In this document: in pieces, positions 10,824-21,888 of the stretch
Numbering within the stretch: the first letter of the stretch is position 1
Layout: each line of letters begins with the position of its first letter
Assembly (NCBI GenBank): GCA_963785725.1
Contig: CAWAWS010000025.1
Span: 15,191 to 79,190, forward strand
Origin: an uncultured delta proteobacterium
Lineage (GTDB): Bacteria > Myxococcota_A > Polyangia > Palsa-1104
Direction of reading: 5' to 3'
DNA length: 64,000 bases
The notes under the pieces: generated by a model
Database searches by the model: none
Seen by the model: only the letters and a program-made list of their open reading frames with translations
Told to the model about the DNA's origin: nothing
Translations under genes and position numbers: made by a program

Positions 10824-13800
10824 TGGCCGACGCGCCGCTGCTCGACTTCGCGCTGCGCTTCGTCGACGGCCGCGGCGTGCTCGGCCTGCCCGCGCGCACG
10901 CTGTTCGAGCTGGTCGGCGTCGAGCGGCTCGAGCTGACGGTGCCCAACTTGCGCTTCCCGTTCGACGTCTCGGACGGGACGACGCGCTTGCAGAGCCGGC
11001 GCTGCGACTTCGTGGGCGCCGAGCTGCGCATCGACAACGCGCGGCTGCAGACCTGGCTCGACGGCCATACGCGCCTTGCGCGCCTCGGGTTGAGCCAGCT
11101 CGCGGCGCGCATCGTCGACGGGCGCATCGAGCTGTCGGCGCGCGCCCAAGTCGGCGATCGCGCGGCGACGGTGACGGCGCGCGTGACGCTGGCGCCGGCC
11201 GATCGCCAGCGGCTCGTGCTCGCCATCGACGACGTGCGCGTCTACGGCCTGTTGCCGGCGCCGGCGCCGCTCATCGGGCTCGGCATCGCGCTCGGCCTCG
11301 GCGCCGAAGCCGAGAACGGCACGGCTCATCCGCTGACCGTGCGCGGCGTGGGCGAGCTCATGCTCAACCCGCTCGAGCAGCTGTTGTGGCGCGCGCTGCC
11401 GCCGGCCGGCTGGCGACTGCCGCGCTACGAGGACGCCACGCTCGCCGAAGCCCGCCTCGTCGACGGCGCCATCGTGCTGCGCTACGTGACCGAGACGACG
11501 CCGGAGGCGGCGCCGGTTGCCGTCGACGAAGCGCGCGCGGCCACGCGCATCGGCGACGCCCGGCTGGCCGAAGGCGACCTGCAAGCGGCGCTCGATGCCT
11601 ACACGGCCGCGGCGCCCGCGTCCTTGGCGGCGTCCGAGCGACAGCTGGCGCTGTTGACGGCGCTGCCGGCGCGCTGGGGCGAGGCCGAGCTCCTGGGCGC
11701 GCGGCTGCACGCGGAGTTTCCCACGCGCCCGCAGCCGCTCTTGGCGTTGGCGGCGATCGAAGCCGAGCGCGGCCTCGTGGCGACGGCGGCCGCGCGCTAT
11801 GCCCGCCTGGCCGAGCTGGCCGAAGCCGCCGGCGAGCGCGACGACGCCCGCGCCGCCGCCCTGCGCGCCGGTCAGCTGCTGGCGGCGCGCTCGCCGCGCG
11901 AAGCGATCCCTTATCTCGAACGCACGCTCGCCGGCGCCCGCGACGACGTCGACGCCGCGCTCTTGCTCGCCGACGCTTACGCGGCCGATGGTCGCTGGCA
12001 GGACCTCTTGCGCCTCGAGCGTTGGCGGCTGGCGCAGACGACCGATCCGACCGTCGAGGCCGCGGCGCGGGCGCGCATCGCGCGCGTCTGGCTCGACGAG
12101 CTGGCCGACCCGGTGCGCGCGCGCGACGAGCTCGAACGCGCCTTGCGCAGCCTGCCCGACGACGGCGCCTTGTGGACGCTGATGGCGCGCGCGCTGGAAG
12201 CGACGGGCGATCCCAAGCGCGCGCTCGACGCCACCGCCCGCGCGGCGACGCTGCACACGGGCGAAGCGCGCCTCGACCTCGAGCTGCGCGCGGCCGCGCT
12301 CGCCGAAGCCGTCGCGCTGCCGGAAGTCGCGCTCGACCACGCGCGCGCGGCGCTCGCCGTCGCGCCCGCCAGCGCCGCCGCCTTGGCGAGCGTGGCGGCG
12401 CTGCTGGCGCGCCTCGGCCGGCTCGACGAAGCGGTCAACGCCTACCAAGACGCCATCGAGCACGCCGAAGAGGCGCATGACGATGCCGCCCGCGCGCAGC
12501 TGTTGGTCGCGCTGGCGCAGCTGGCCCGTCACGCGCTGCAAGATCGGCACGGCGCGCGCGCCTACGTCGAGCGGTCGCTCCAGATCGCGCCCACGCCGCC
12601 GGCGCTGCATCTGGCCGCGGAGTTGGCCGCCGAAGAGGGCCGGCTCGACGACCTGGTCGAGCTGCTCGGTCAGCTGGCCGACGGCGGAAACGTCGATGCG
12701 CGCCTCAAGCAAGCGGAGACGCTGTTGGCGCTCGGTCGGCTGCCCGAAGCGGCGGCGGCCGCCGAGCGCGGCGTCGAGACGCGACCCGCCGCATGGGCGG
12801 TGTTGGCGCGCATCTACGAGGCGATGGGCGAGACCGCCAAGCAGCGGCACGCGCTCGAGCAGTCGACGGCGACCACGGGCGAGCACAGCCTGGCCGCGCG
12901 CCGCAAGCTGGCCGAGCTGCGCGCCGCCGACGACGATCTGCCCGGCGCCCGCGCGCTGCTCGAGGCCACGCCCGACGACGGCGACAGCGACGGCGACGAA
13001 GCGCGGCTGACGGTGGAGCTGCTCGTCGATGTGCTCTTGCGCCAAGGTGACGATGCGGCGCTCGACGTGGCGCTGGGCCGCTTGGCCGCGCTGCGCGCCG
13101 ACGGGGCCGGTCGCGCCCGCGCGCTGTCGGCGCAAGGCACGGCCCGCGCACGCCTCGGCCGTCCCGACGACGCGCTGGCCTCGTATCGCGCGGCGCTGGC
13201 GCTGGCGCCCGAAGGCGACGACGTCGAAGTGCGCGCCGGCCTCGGCGAAGCCGCGCACGCGCTCAAACGTTGGGACGAAGCGCGCACCGCGCTCGAGCCG
13301 CTGTTCACCCGCGGGTTGCCGCCGCAGATCGAGCGCGCGCTGCGCCTCGGTGAGATCGCCGAGCGCCAAGGCCAGGCCGACGACGCGCTCGGCTTCTACG
13401 AGGCGGCGCTGGCGGCCGGCGCGCACGCCGCCGACGCCTTGCGCGCCTACCATGCGCTGGCGGGCCTGCAGCGCAGCCGCGGCGACTTCGTGGCCGAAGC
13501 GCGGCTGCAAGTGCGCGCCGCCGAGGACGAGCGGACGAACGAGGCCGAGGCCGTGCGCGCCAGCCGCCTCGTCGCCGCCGCCGAGCTCTTGCGCAAGCGC
13601 GCCAATCGCCGGCAAGAGGCGATCGAGCTGTACGAACGGGCCTTGGCGCTCGATCCGCTGCAGATGGCCGCCCTCGACGCGCTCGAAGCCGTCGCCGCCG
13701 AGGACAAAGACGCCGAGCGCATCGCGCAGGTGCTCGGCCGCAAAGTGGCGGCGACGGCGCGGCGACCGGCCGAGCAGCGCGCGATCTTGGGCCGCTTGGC

Positions 13801-16800
13801 GCTCTTGCAAGACGAGCTCGGCCGGCCCGACGCGGCGCGCGCCGCCTGGACGCGCGTGCTCGAGCTCGATCCCGCCTATCGCCCGGCGTTGACCTGGCTC
13901 GCCGTCGATGCGCGCACGCGCGGTGTCGTCGACGAAGAGGCGATCGCGCTGGAAAAGCTGACGTCGCTGCCCACCGACGCCGCCGATCCCGACGCGCTGG
14001 CGACGGCGCTGGCGCGGCTTTCGCAGCTGTGGCTCCAGCGCGGTCGCGCAGCCGACGCCGAAGCGGCCGCCCGGCGCGCGCTGGCGCTGCATGCGCGCGA
14101 GCCGCGCGCGCTCGCCGTGCTCGACGCCGTGCTCGCGGCCACACTCGACGATGGCCCCGCCGCCAAGGGCAGCCACGCGGAGCTGGCGGCGCTCTTGGCC
14201 GTGCGCGCCGAGGTCGAGACCGACTTCGACACCATCGTCGAGCTGCTCTTCCGGCGCGCGGCGCTCCTGGAGACGACGGGGCAAGCGGCGGCGGCGATGC
14301 AGGCCTACGAGCAGCTGATCTCGCTGCGGCCGTCGTCGGCGGCGGCGTGGCAGCGGCTGGCGGCGCTCTTGCGCACGGCCGGCGACTGGGCGCCGCTGGC
14401 GCAGCTCTTGACACGGCTGGCCGAGCGCCATCAGCTCGACGGTCGCCGTCAAGAGGCCGAGGCGCTCTACGTCGAAGTGGCCCACTTGGCGCACGATTGG
14501 CTGGGCGACAGCGAGCGCGCCCGCGCCGTCCTGCACAAAGCGCTCGAGTCGGAGCCGCGCTCGAAGCTGGCGTTGACGTCGCTGTTGGCGTTGGCGCGCG
14601 GTCGCAACGACGTCACCGAAGAGGACGTGCTGCTCGGTCGCCTGGCCGAGCTGGCCGACGACGAGCTCGGGCGCGCGCAAGCGGTCAGCGAGCGGGCGCG
14701 AGCGCGGCACGCGCGCGGCGATCTCGACGGCGCCTTGCAGCTCATCGGCGAGCTGCCCCCATCGGTGACGCCGGACGCGGCGCTGCGCTTGAAGCTGGAG
14801 ATCGAAGAAGCGCGCAGCCAGCCGCTCGATCTGCCGGCGCTGGAGACGCTGCGGCAGCGCGCGCAGGCGGCGCACGACGGCGTCGGCGAGCGCTGGGCCT
14901 TGCGGCGGCTGGTGCGCGCGGCCTTCGCGCAGCGCTCGAGCGCGGCCGAGGAGCTGGCGCGGCGCGCGCTCGAGCTCGACGGCGACGATCGTGAGGCGGC
15001 CGAGGTGCTGGCCGAGCTGGAGAGCGCGCGCGGCCACGACGCCGGCCATTTGGTCGCGCTCGAGCGGCTCCTGCGCATCGCGCGGCGCACGTTCGAAGGG
15101 CCGGCGCGCGAGGCCGAGCTGCTGCGTTCGGTGGGCCAGATCCTGGCGCGCGCCGGCGATCTCGAAGGCGCCATCCTGCGGCTACGCGAAGCGCTCGAGC
15201 TCGCCCCCGACGACGGCCCGGTGCTGAGCGACTACGGCGCCTTGCTGTTCGCGCGCGGCGGCGCGTTGGCGGCGGCGGCCGACGCGCTCGATCGCGCCGG
15301 CGAGCTGGGCGCGCTCGACGAATCGGGCTGGGCGCTGCTCGGCCACGCCTACGATTGCTTGGGCGACGACGAGCGCGCCTCGGCCGCGTTCAGCCGCGCC
15401 GGCGACGCCGCGCCGCCGCGCAAGCGCGCCGAGGTCGCCTTCCGCGCCGGCGATCTGCTGTCCGCGCGCGAAGCCGCCGTCGACGTGCTGGCCGAGACGC
15501 CGCGCGACGAAGAGGCGCTCGGCTGGGCCATCCACGATCAGACGCCGGCGGAGATCCTCGCGCTCATGACGCAGCTGGCGCCGCGCATCATGGACGAGGA
15601 CGCGGCCTACCTCTATCAGTCGCTGGCGCCGCGGCTCGGTGGCGACGAAGAGCGGCTGGCCTTGGAGCGCGCGGCGGCGCTGGCGCCGACGCCGGAGCTG
15701 CTCGTCGCGCTCGGCGATCGCGTGCGCGGCTCGACGGCGGCCGCCTATTACGAGCAGGCGCTGGCGCTCGACGCCGGCAACATTCCGGCCGCGCTCGGCC
15801 TGGCCGCGCAAGGCGAGCCCTACCAAGCGGCGCGCGCGCTGCAAACGGCCTGGGCGGAGGCGAAGTGGCCGCGACAAAAGGCGCAGCTGTCGGCGGCCCG
15901 CGGCGCGCTCCTGCGCGATCGGCTGTCCGACGTGGCCGGCGCCCGCGTCGACTTGGAGCGCGCGCTGCTCGAGTCCGAGAATCTGGCCGAGCTCATGCCG
16001 CTGCGCGCCGAGCTGCGTCGCTCGTTGGCGGCGTTGGCGCGCTCGACCGGCGACGTCAGCGCCGCCGAAGCCGCGCTCGTACAAATGGTCGACGAGAACG
16101 TCGCCCGCGACAGCGATCTGCGCCACTTGGGCGAGCTGCTCGGCGAGCGCGGCGCCTGGGAAGACGTCGTCGAGCTGTTGTCGCCGCTGCCGGGCTCGTC
16201 GGAGGTGCTGGAGCGCGCGCTGGAGGCGACCGGTCGGTTCGCCGAGCTGGCCGCGCGACTGGTGGCGCAGGCCGCCAAGAAGCCGGCCGCCGACGCGCGC
16301 CTCTTGCTCATGCGGGCGGCGCAGCTCTTGGCCGAGCGGCTCGGCAATCCGTCGCGCGCGGCGCAGCTGCTCGAACGCGCGCTGCCCCTCGGCCCGTCCG
16401 ACGCCGAGGTCTGGTCGCGCCTCGGTCGCCTCTATCTCGGCCCGCTCGGTGACCCCGAGCGCGGCGCGCGTTGCCTGGCGCGCGCCTATGCCGCCGATCG
16501 GTCGCGCTCGGAGCTGCTCATGCCGCTCGCCGACTATCACTACGACGCCGAGGAGCTGACGCCGGCAGCCGACTATTATCGCGAGGCGCTCACCCGCGGC
16601 GTCGTCGCGACGGCCGACATGGCGCGCGTGTTCTTGCGGCTCGGCCAAGAGGCCAGCAAGCGCCAAGATCACGCCGCCGAGGAGGCGGCGCTCGCGCAAG
16701 CGGCGACGCTCGGCGCCACCGAGGCGTGGCCGCTCCTCGGCGCGCTCTATCGCTCGCGCGGCGACGGCGGCAAGCTCGCCCACGCGCTCTTGCGGCAGGC

Positions 16801-19800
16801 CGACACGGCGACGGGCCGCATGCGCGCGGCGCTCTTGCGCGAAGCGGCGCTGCACCTGCCCGCCGACGAGACGCCGCCCATCGACGAGCAGATCCTGCTG
16901 CTCGACCGCGACGATGACGAGGCGCGCGATCGCATCCTGTCGCGCCTGCGCGCGGCCGGCGATACGACGGCGCTCGTCGAGCGGCTGGAGCGCGAGTTGC
17001 CTCATGCCGCGCCCGAGCATCAGGCGATTTGGGCGCGCGAGCTGGGCCGCCTAAGCGAGCGGCTCGGCGACGACACGCGCGCCGAGTCGGCGTGGACGAC
17101 GGCGCTGGCGGCGCAGCCCGCGCTCGACGCCGCGCACGCGCTGGTCGCGCTCTATCGTCGTCAGCAGCGCCTGGCCACGGCCGCGCCCATCCTCGAAGCC
17201 GCGCTCGCCGATCCGCGCCTGGCGCCCGAAGAGATGAACGAGCTGTCGCGCTTGTGCGGCGAGGCCTACATGGCGCCGGGCGCGAACACGGCGCGCGCGC
17301 TGGCGTTCGTCGAGAACGCCGAGGCCGTCGGCCTGCCGGTGCCGCTCGACGGCGCGCAGCTGCGCACCCTGCTCCGCGCCGAGCGCCGCTTTCTCGAGGT
17401 CGTGGCCGCGCTCGACGGCGCCGCCACCGCCGCCTTCGACACCGACGAGCGCCTGCGCCTCGAGCTGGAAGCGGCCGAGACGCTCGAGCGCGACCTCGGC
17501 CACTTCGGCGACGCCGCCCGCCGTTATGCCGCGCTCTTCGATCGCCATCCGGCGCGCCGCGACCTGGCGACGCGCGCGCGGCTCGCCTATGCCGCCGCCA
17601 ACGAGCCCATCTACGCGCTGGCCATCGTCGATCGCGAGCTGAAGCTGGCCGATCCGCACTCGGCCGATGGCGCGCAGCTCAAGATCGCCAAGGGTGAGCT
17701 GCTCTTGCAGGCGGGCGCCGATGCCGAAGCCGAGGCCGAGTTCCTGCACGCGCTCATCACGACGCCGCGGGTCGGTCGCGCGCACGCGGCCTTGGCCGAC
17801 GTCTACAAGAAGCGCGGCGACCTGGCGGGGGCGCTCGAGCATCTGATCGCCGCCGCCGACGCGCCCGACCTCGAGCCGATGCGCGCGGCCGCCTGCGCCG
17901 TCGATGCCGCCGACGTGCTGCTCGTCGAAGGCGACTCGGCGACGGCCGAGCGGCTCTATCAGCTCGCCGCCGCGCTCGATCCCGCGGACCGCCGCCCCGT
18001 CGACGCGCTGGCGCGCCTGGCGGGCGCGCGCGGCGAGCACGAAAAGCACGCCGATCTCCTCGGTCGCGCCGCGGCGCTGACCGCCGACCGCCGCGAGCGC
18101 GCGCGCCTGGCGTTACAGCGGGCGCGCCTCTTCCAGCACGATCTCGGCCGCGAGCTCGACGCTTATCGCGCCTATAAAGAGGCCGTCGCCTGCGATCCCA
18201 ACTTGCGCGAGGCGGCGCGTTCGCTGCGCGAGATGGCCGAAGCGCGCGGCGAATGGGCGCTCGCCGCCGAGCAGCGCTATCGCGAGCTGGCGCTGACGAC
18301 CGACAGCAACGAGCGCGCGCGGCTGCACGTCGAGCTGGCGCGGCTGCTCGAGGACAAGCTGCTCGATCCGTCGGCGGCGCTGCGCAACTTCGAGCAGGCC
18401 GCGGAGTTGGCGCTGGAGCTGGAAGCCGACGGCGCGGTCAGGCCGCGGCGCAACACGCCCATCGAGCGGCCGCCGTTCGCCGATCTCGTGCGCATGTACG
18501 CCGAGGGGCAGCGCTGGCGCGACGGCGCGCTCGCCGCCGAACGCTGGGCGGCGTCACTGACGAGCCCGACGCAATTGCCGGCGCGCGCGGAGGCCTTGGC
18601 GCGGGCCGGCGAGCTGTACGAGCGCGCCGGCGACCACGAACGGGCCCGCGCCCGCCTCGCCGAAGCGGCCGCGCTCGGGGGCGACGCCGGCAAAAAAGCC
18701 GACGACAACCTCATGCGCCTCGCCGAAGACGACGGCGATCCCGAGGAGCTGCGGCGCCGGCTGGAAGAGCGGCTGGCCGTCGAGCCCGAAGGTCCGACGC
18801 GCGTCGAGATCTTGCGCCGCGCGCTGGCGCTGGCCGTCGAGCGCGGCGACTCGGGCGCCGTCGATACGCGCAGCCGCGAGCTGCTCACGCGCGCGGCCGA
18901 CGACGCCGAAGCCTTCGTCGCGCGCAAGCGCATGTTCGAGTCGCGCAACGACGCCGCCGGGCTGGCGCAGCTCCTACGCGCGCGCGCCGATGCCGTCGCC
19001 GACCCGGGCGAGCGCGCCGAGCTCTACTTCGAGGCCGGGCGCCTGGCCGAGAGCGAGCTCTACGACGTCACCTCGGCCGCTGAAGATTACGAAGCCGCCC
19101 TCGCCGCCGTGCCCGATCAGCTGGCCGCGCTCGACGCGCTCGCCGATCTGTCGTATCGCACGCGTCACATCGGTCGCGCTCGCGCGCTCTACGCGCTCAT
19201 CGGTGAGCGCGCCTCTGCGCTCGGTCCCGACGAGGTCTGGCGCCGCCGCGCCGAGCTCGCCGAGGAGGCCGGCGACATCGACGAGGCGCGCGCGCTCTAC
19301 ACGCACGCCATCGCCGCCAACGAGTCGAACCTGGCGGCGCATCAGGCGTTGGCGCGCCTGGCGCTCAGCCGCAACGACGACGCCGCGGCTTATCAAGCGC
19401 TGCACGCCGTCCTCGATCTGCTGCCGCTCGACGCGGTCGAACGCATCACCGAGCTGCGCCGTCACCTGGGCGAGCTGGCCTTGCGCTTGGACGATCGGCC
19501 GTCGGCGCGCCATTGGTACGAGCTGGTCCTGTCGCAGCTGCCGCTGGACGTGCCGGCGCTCGAGACCTTGACGCGCCTCTATATCGACGCGCAGTCGTGG
19601 CAAGAGGCGGCCGATGCGCTCGGTCGCTTGTCGCGCCTCGTCCACGAGCCGGCGGCGCGCGCCGAGCTGCTCTACCGTCGCGGCGAGATCCTGCGGCTCG
19701 GCCTCGGCAACGACGACGCCGCCAATGACGCCTACTTGAAAGCGGCCGATCTCCACGCCGCGCACGCGCCCACGCTGCGTCGCCTCATCGCCTACTATTT

Positions 19801-21034
19801 CGCCGAAGGTGACTTGGCGTCGTTGAAAGACGTGGCGCGCGAGCTGGAAGCGCTCAATCAGCCGCTGGAAGAGGCCGGCGTCGAGACCGGGCTCGGCTAT
19901 GCGCTCGACGGCGACGAGGCGCGCGGCACCATCGTCGTCGCCTTGGCCAAGCCGACGGCGTCGCGGCTGGCCGAGCTGCTCGGGCTGTGCAAGGTGACGT
20001 CGCTGACGCAGCTCGATCCGGCGTTACGCGCGGCGGCGCGCGCGCTCGGCGCCGGCGGCCGCGCCGACCTGCAGTCGGCGCTCGAGCTGCACCTCGGCGA
20101 CGCGACCGGCCGTTCGGCGATGGGCACGCGCCTGGCGCTGGCGCGGCTGCATGACGCCGCCGGCGACCTCGATCGCGCCCGCGTCCACTATTCGATCGCG
20201 GCGTTCGTCGAGCCGACGGAGTTGGCGGCGGCGCGGCTGCGCGACTTGGGTCCGCCCGAGCCGTTCGCGCTCAGCGTCGATGACGCAGTCTATCCGGCAG
20301 CGGCCGTGGGCACCTTGCGTGACGCGCTCGTGGCGCTGGCGCCGCTGCTGCTCGGCTTGCCGCCGGCGCCCATCGACGCCGACCCGGCGCCGGCGTGGGT
20401 CGACAAGCTGCGCGCCGTCGTGCAGCGCACCGCCGGGCTCGACACGTTCGAGTGCGCCGTGGTCGTCGACGCGGCCGAGATAGCCTGGGCCGAGCCGACG
20501 TGGCCGCCGCGGCTCGTCCTGACGCGCCGCGCGCTCGCCGACGAAGCGGTCGCACGCTTCGGCGCCGCGCGCGCCATGCATGCGTTGGCCGCCGGCATTC
20601 CGCTCGTCGAAGGCCGCGCCGCCGAGGACGTCGCCGGCCTCTTGCGCGCAGCGGCGGCGCTGTTCTTGCCCGATCTGCGCGCGCCCGATCGCGGCAGCCA
20701 CTTCGTGCTCGCCTGGCAAGCGGAGCTGGCGGCGTTGGCCATCGATCCCGAGCAGCTGCCCGAAGCGCAGCGCGGCCGGCTGGAGATGGTGCTGGCCGCC
20801 GCGGTCGCCGACGGCAACGCGCCCGCCGCCGCCGCCGATTACCCGCGCGCCGAGCGGCTCACGGCCGATCGCGCCGCTTACGCCGCCACCGGCGATCTAC
20901 GCGCCGCGCTCGTCGCGCTGGCGCCGTCGTCGGCGAACGCGCCGACCGAGACCGCGAGCGCGCGCGCCGCGCTCTTGGCCACGAGCGCCATCGCCGAGCT
21001 CGTCGCCTTCGCGCTTATGCGCACCGGATCATGA
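10823..21034 (+). CDS. giant TPR-repeat protein (3403 aa), myxobacterial type
   Basis: 10.2-kb frame with strong GC3 bias; ATG overlaps the dctP stop (TGATG); many TPR-like units (A...YE.AL..DP); beta-rich N-terminal ~220 aa; C-terminal ADRAAY..GDL.AA degenerate peptidase-like segment without HExxH. Confidence 0.88.
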   Translation: MADAPLLDFALRFVDGRGVLGLPARTLFELVGVERLELTVPNLRFPFDVSDGTTRLQSRRCDFVGAELRIDNARLQTWLDGHTRLARLGLSQLAARIVDGRIELSARAQVGDRAATVTARVTLAPADRQRLVLAIDDVRVYGLLPAPAPLIGLGIALGLGAEAENGTAHPLTVRGVGELMLNPLEQLLWRALPPAGWRLPRYEDATLAEARLVDGAIVLRYVTETTPEAAPVAVDEARAATRIGDARLAEGDLQAALDAYTAAAPASLAASERQLALLTALPARWGEAELLGARLHAEFPTRPQPLLALAAIEAERGLVATAAARYARLAELAEAAGERDDARAAALRAGQLLAARSPREAIPYLERTLAGARDDVDAALLLADAYAADGRWQDLLRLERWRLAQTTDPTVEAAARARIARVWLDELADPVRARDELERALRSLPDDGALWTLMARALEATGDPKRALDATARAATLHTGEARLDLELRAAALAEAVALPEVALDHARAALAVAPASAAALASVAALLARLGRLDEAVNAYQDAIEHAEEAHDDAARAQLLVALAQLARHALQDRHGARAYVERSLQIAPTPPALHLAAELAAEEGRLDDLVELLGQLADGGNVDARLKQAETLLALGRLPEAAAAAERGVETRPAAWAVLARIYEAMGETAKQRHALEQSTATTGEHSLAARRKLAELRAADDDLPGARALLEATPDDGDSDGDEARLTVELLVDVLLRQGDDAALDVALGRLAALRADGAGRARALSAQGTARARLGRPDDALASYRAALALAPEGDDVEVRAGLGEAAHALKRWDEARTALEPLFTRGLPPQIERALRLGEIAERQGQADDALGFYEAALAAGAHAADALRAYHALAGLQRSRGDFVAEARLQVRAAEDERTNEAEAVRASRLVAAAELLRKRANRRQEAIELYERALALDPLQMAALDALEAVAAEDKDAERIAQVLGRKVAATARRPAEQRAILGRLALLQDELGRPDAARAAWTRVLELDPAYRPALTWLAVDARTRGVVDEEAIALEKLTSLPTDAADPDALATALARLSQLWLQRGRAADAEAAARRALALHAREPRALAVLDAVLAATLDDGPAAKGSHAELAALLAVRAEVETDFDTIVELLFRRAALLETTGQAAAAMQAYEQLISLRPSSAAAWQRLAALLRTAGDWAPLAQLLTRLAERHQLDGRRQEAEALYVEVAHLAHDWLGDSERARAVLHKALESEPRSKLALTSLLALARGRNDVTEEDVLLGRLAELADDELGRAQAVSERARARHARGDLDGALQLIGELPPSVTPDAALRLKLEIEEARSQPLDLPALETLRQRAQAAHDGVGERWALRRLVRAAFAQRSSAAEELARRALELDGDDREAAEVLAELESARGHDAGHLVALERLLRIARRTFEGPAREAELLRSVGQILARAGDLEGAILRLREALELAPDDGPVLSDYGALLFARGGALAAAADALDRAGELGALDESGWALLGHAYDCLGDDERASAAFSRAGDAAPPRKRAEVAFRAGDLLSAREAAVDVLAETPRDEEALGWAIHDQTPAEILALMTQLAPRIMDEDAAYLYQSLAPRLGGDEERLALERAAALAPTPELLVALGDRVRGSTAAAYYEQALALDAGNIPAALGLAAQGEPYQAARALQTAWAEAKWPRQKAQLSAARGALLRDRLSDVAGARVDLERALLESENLAELMPLRAELRRSLAALARSTGDVSAAEAALVQMVDENVARDSDLRHLGELLGERGAWEDVVELLSPLPGSSEVLERALEATGRFAELAARLVAQAAKKPAADARLLLMRAAQLLAERLGNPSRAAQLLERALPLGPSDAEVWSRLGRLYLGPLGDPERGARCLARAYAADRSRSELLMPLADYHYDAEELTPAADYYREALTRGVVATADMARVFLRLGQEASKRQDHAAEEAALAQAATLGATEAWPLLGALYRSRGDGGKLAHALLRQADTATGRMRAALLREAALHLPADETPPIDEQILLLDRDDDEARDRILSRLRAAGDTTALVERLERELPHAAPEHQAIWARELGRLSERLGDDTRAESAWTTALAAQPALDAAHALVALYRRQQRLATAAPILEAALADPRLAPEEMNELSRLCGEAYMAPGANTARALAFVENAEAVGLPVPLDGAQLRTLLRAERRFLEVVAALDGAATAAFDTDERLRLELEAAETLERDLGHFGDAARRYAALFDRHPARRDLATRARLAYAAANEPIYALAIVDRELKLADPHSADGAQLKIAKGELLLQAGADAEAEAEFLHALITTPRVGRAHAALADVYKKRGDLAGALEHLIAAADAPDLEPMRAAACAVDAADVLLVEGDSATAERLYQLAAALDPADRRPVDALARLAGARGEHEKHADLLGRAAALTADRRERARLALQRARLFQHDLGRELDAYRAYKEAVACDPNLREAARSLREMAEARGEWALAAEQRYRELALTTDSNERARLHVELARLLEDKLLDPSAALRNFEQAAELALELEADGAVRPRRNTPIERPPFADLVRMYAEGQRWRDGALAAERWAASLTSPTQLPARAEALARAGELYERAGDHERARARLAEAAALGGDAGKKADDNLMRLAEDDGDPEELRRRLEERLAVEPEGPTRVEILRRALALAVERGDSGAVDTRSRELLTRAADDAEAFVARKRMFESRNDAAGLAQLLRARADAVADPGERAELYFEAGRLAESELYDVTSAAEDYEAALAAVPDQLAALDALADLSYRTRHIGRARALYALIGERASALGPDEVWRRRAELAEEAGDIDEARALYTHAIAANESNLAAHQALARLALSRNDDAAAYQALHAVLDLLPLDAVERITELRRHLGELALRLDDRPSARHWYELVLSQLPLDVPALETLTRLYIDAQSWQEAADALGRLSRLVHEPAARAELLYRRGEILRLGLGNDDAANDAYLKAADLHAAHAPTLRRLIAYYFAEGDLASLKDVARELEALNQPLEEAGVETGLGYALDGDEARGTIVVALAKPTASRLAELLGLCKVTSLTQLDPALRAAARALGAGGRADLQSALELHLGDATGRSAMGTRLALARLHDAAGDLDRARVHYSIAAFVEPTELAAARLRDLGPPEPFALSVDDAVYPAAAVGTLRDALVALAPLLLGLPPAPIDADPAPAWVDKLRAVVQRTAGLDTFECAVVVDAAEIAWAEPTWPPRLVLTRRALADEAVARFGAARAMHALAAGIPLVEGRAAEDVAGLLRAAAALFLPDLRAPDRGSHFVLAWQAELAALAIDPEQLPEAQRGRLEMVLAAAVADGNAPAAAADYPRAERLTADRAAYAATGDLRAALVALAPSSANAPTETASARAALLATSAIAELVAFALMRTGS

Positions 21035-21888
21035 GCCGCCTCCTCGTCCTGGCCTCGGTCGCGCTCGCGGCCGGCGGCTGTGTCGCCCATCGCCCGTCGG
21101 CCTGGGGCACGCCGTCGGTCGGCTTCGGCGAAGTATCCGACGCCATCGTCGCCGCGCTCGTCGAAGACGGCGACAAAGCCTGGGCCGCGCGCGCCGATCC
21201 GCGGCAGCTCGGCGAAGCCATGCGCAGCTATCGCGCCGCGCTGCACGAGCGGCCCAACGACGTCGGCCTGATGGTCCAGCTCGGTCGCTTGGCCTACTAC
21301 CGCGCGCAACTGCGCGGCGGAAAAGGCGCGGCCCTCCTCTATTCCGACGCCGCGTCTTGGGCCGAGCGCGCCCTGGCGACGAGCAATCCGGCGCTGGCGC
21401 AAGCGGCGCGCAGCGGCAAGCGGCCGGGCGAGGTCTTCTCGCTGGCACAGCCCGCCGACGAGGACGCGCTCGTCCTCTACGCCGAATCGATCTTGTGGTG
21501 GGCGATCGAGAGCAACACGACGACGGTGATCGACCAAAAGCCGTGGATCGAAGCGGCCGCCGCCCGCGCGCTGGCCCTCGATCGCGCCGCCGGCTACGGC
21601 GCGCCCGATCGCGTCCTGGCCGTGCTCGCCTGCGAGATGCCGGCGGCGCGCCAGAACCTGCGCGAGGCGCTCGACCACTTCGAAGCCGCCATCGCCGCGG
21701 CGCCCGCCTATTTGCCGACGCGCCTCCTGTACGCCGAGGAATATGCGGTGCGCCTGCGCGAGGCGCCGCTGTATCGCCGCCTGTTGCACGAGGTCGTCGA
21801 CGGCGATGCCCACGCGCTCGTCGAAGCCCAGCCGGAGAACGAAGCGGCGCAGCGCGAGGCCCAGCAGCTCCTCAAATGGCTGCAGTAA
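21031..21888 (+). CDS. tatT: TRAP transporter T-component (TatT) family lipoprotein
   Basis: Lipobox AGGC; C-terminal HFEAAI..AP.YLPTRLLYAEEYAV...LYRRLL.EV...PEN..AQ..A..LL typical of TatT; ATGA overlap with the giant TPR gene. Confidence 0.78.
   Translation: MSRLLVLASVALAAGGCVAHRPSAWGTPSVGFGEVSDAIVAALVEDGDKAWAARADPRQLGEAMRSYRAALHERPNDVGLMVQLGRLAYYRAQLRGGKGAALLYSDAASWAERALATSNPALAQAARSGKRPGEVFSLAQPADEDALVLYAESILWWAIESNTTTVIDQKPWIEAAAARALALDRAAGYGAPDRVLAVLACEMPAARQNLREALDHFEAAIAAAPAYLPTRLLYAEEYAVRLREAPLYRRLLHEVVDGDAHALVEAQPENEAAQREAQQLLKWLQ

Noticed and set aside
10787..15049. 1420-aa minus-strand ORF and many other long antisense or alternate-frame ORFs (e.g. 119-2050, 5110-7479, 56609-58933)
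   Set aside because: Arg/Ala/Gly-rich shadow frames expected from extreme GC3 bias opposite or inside genes with clear family motifs
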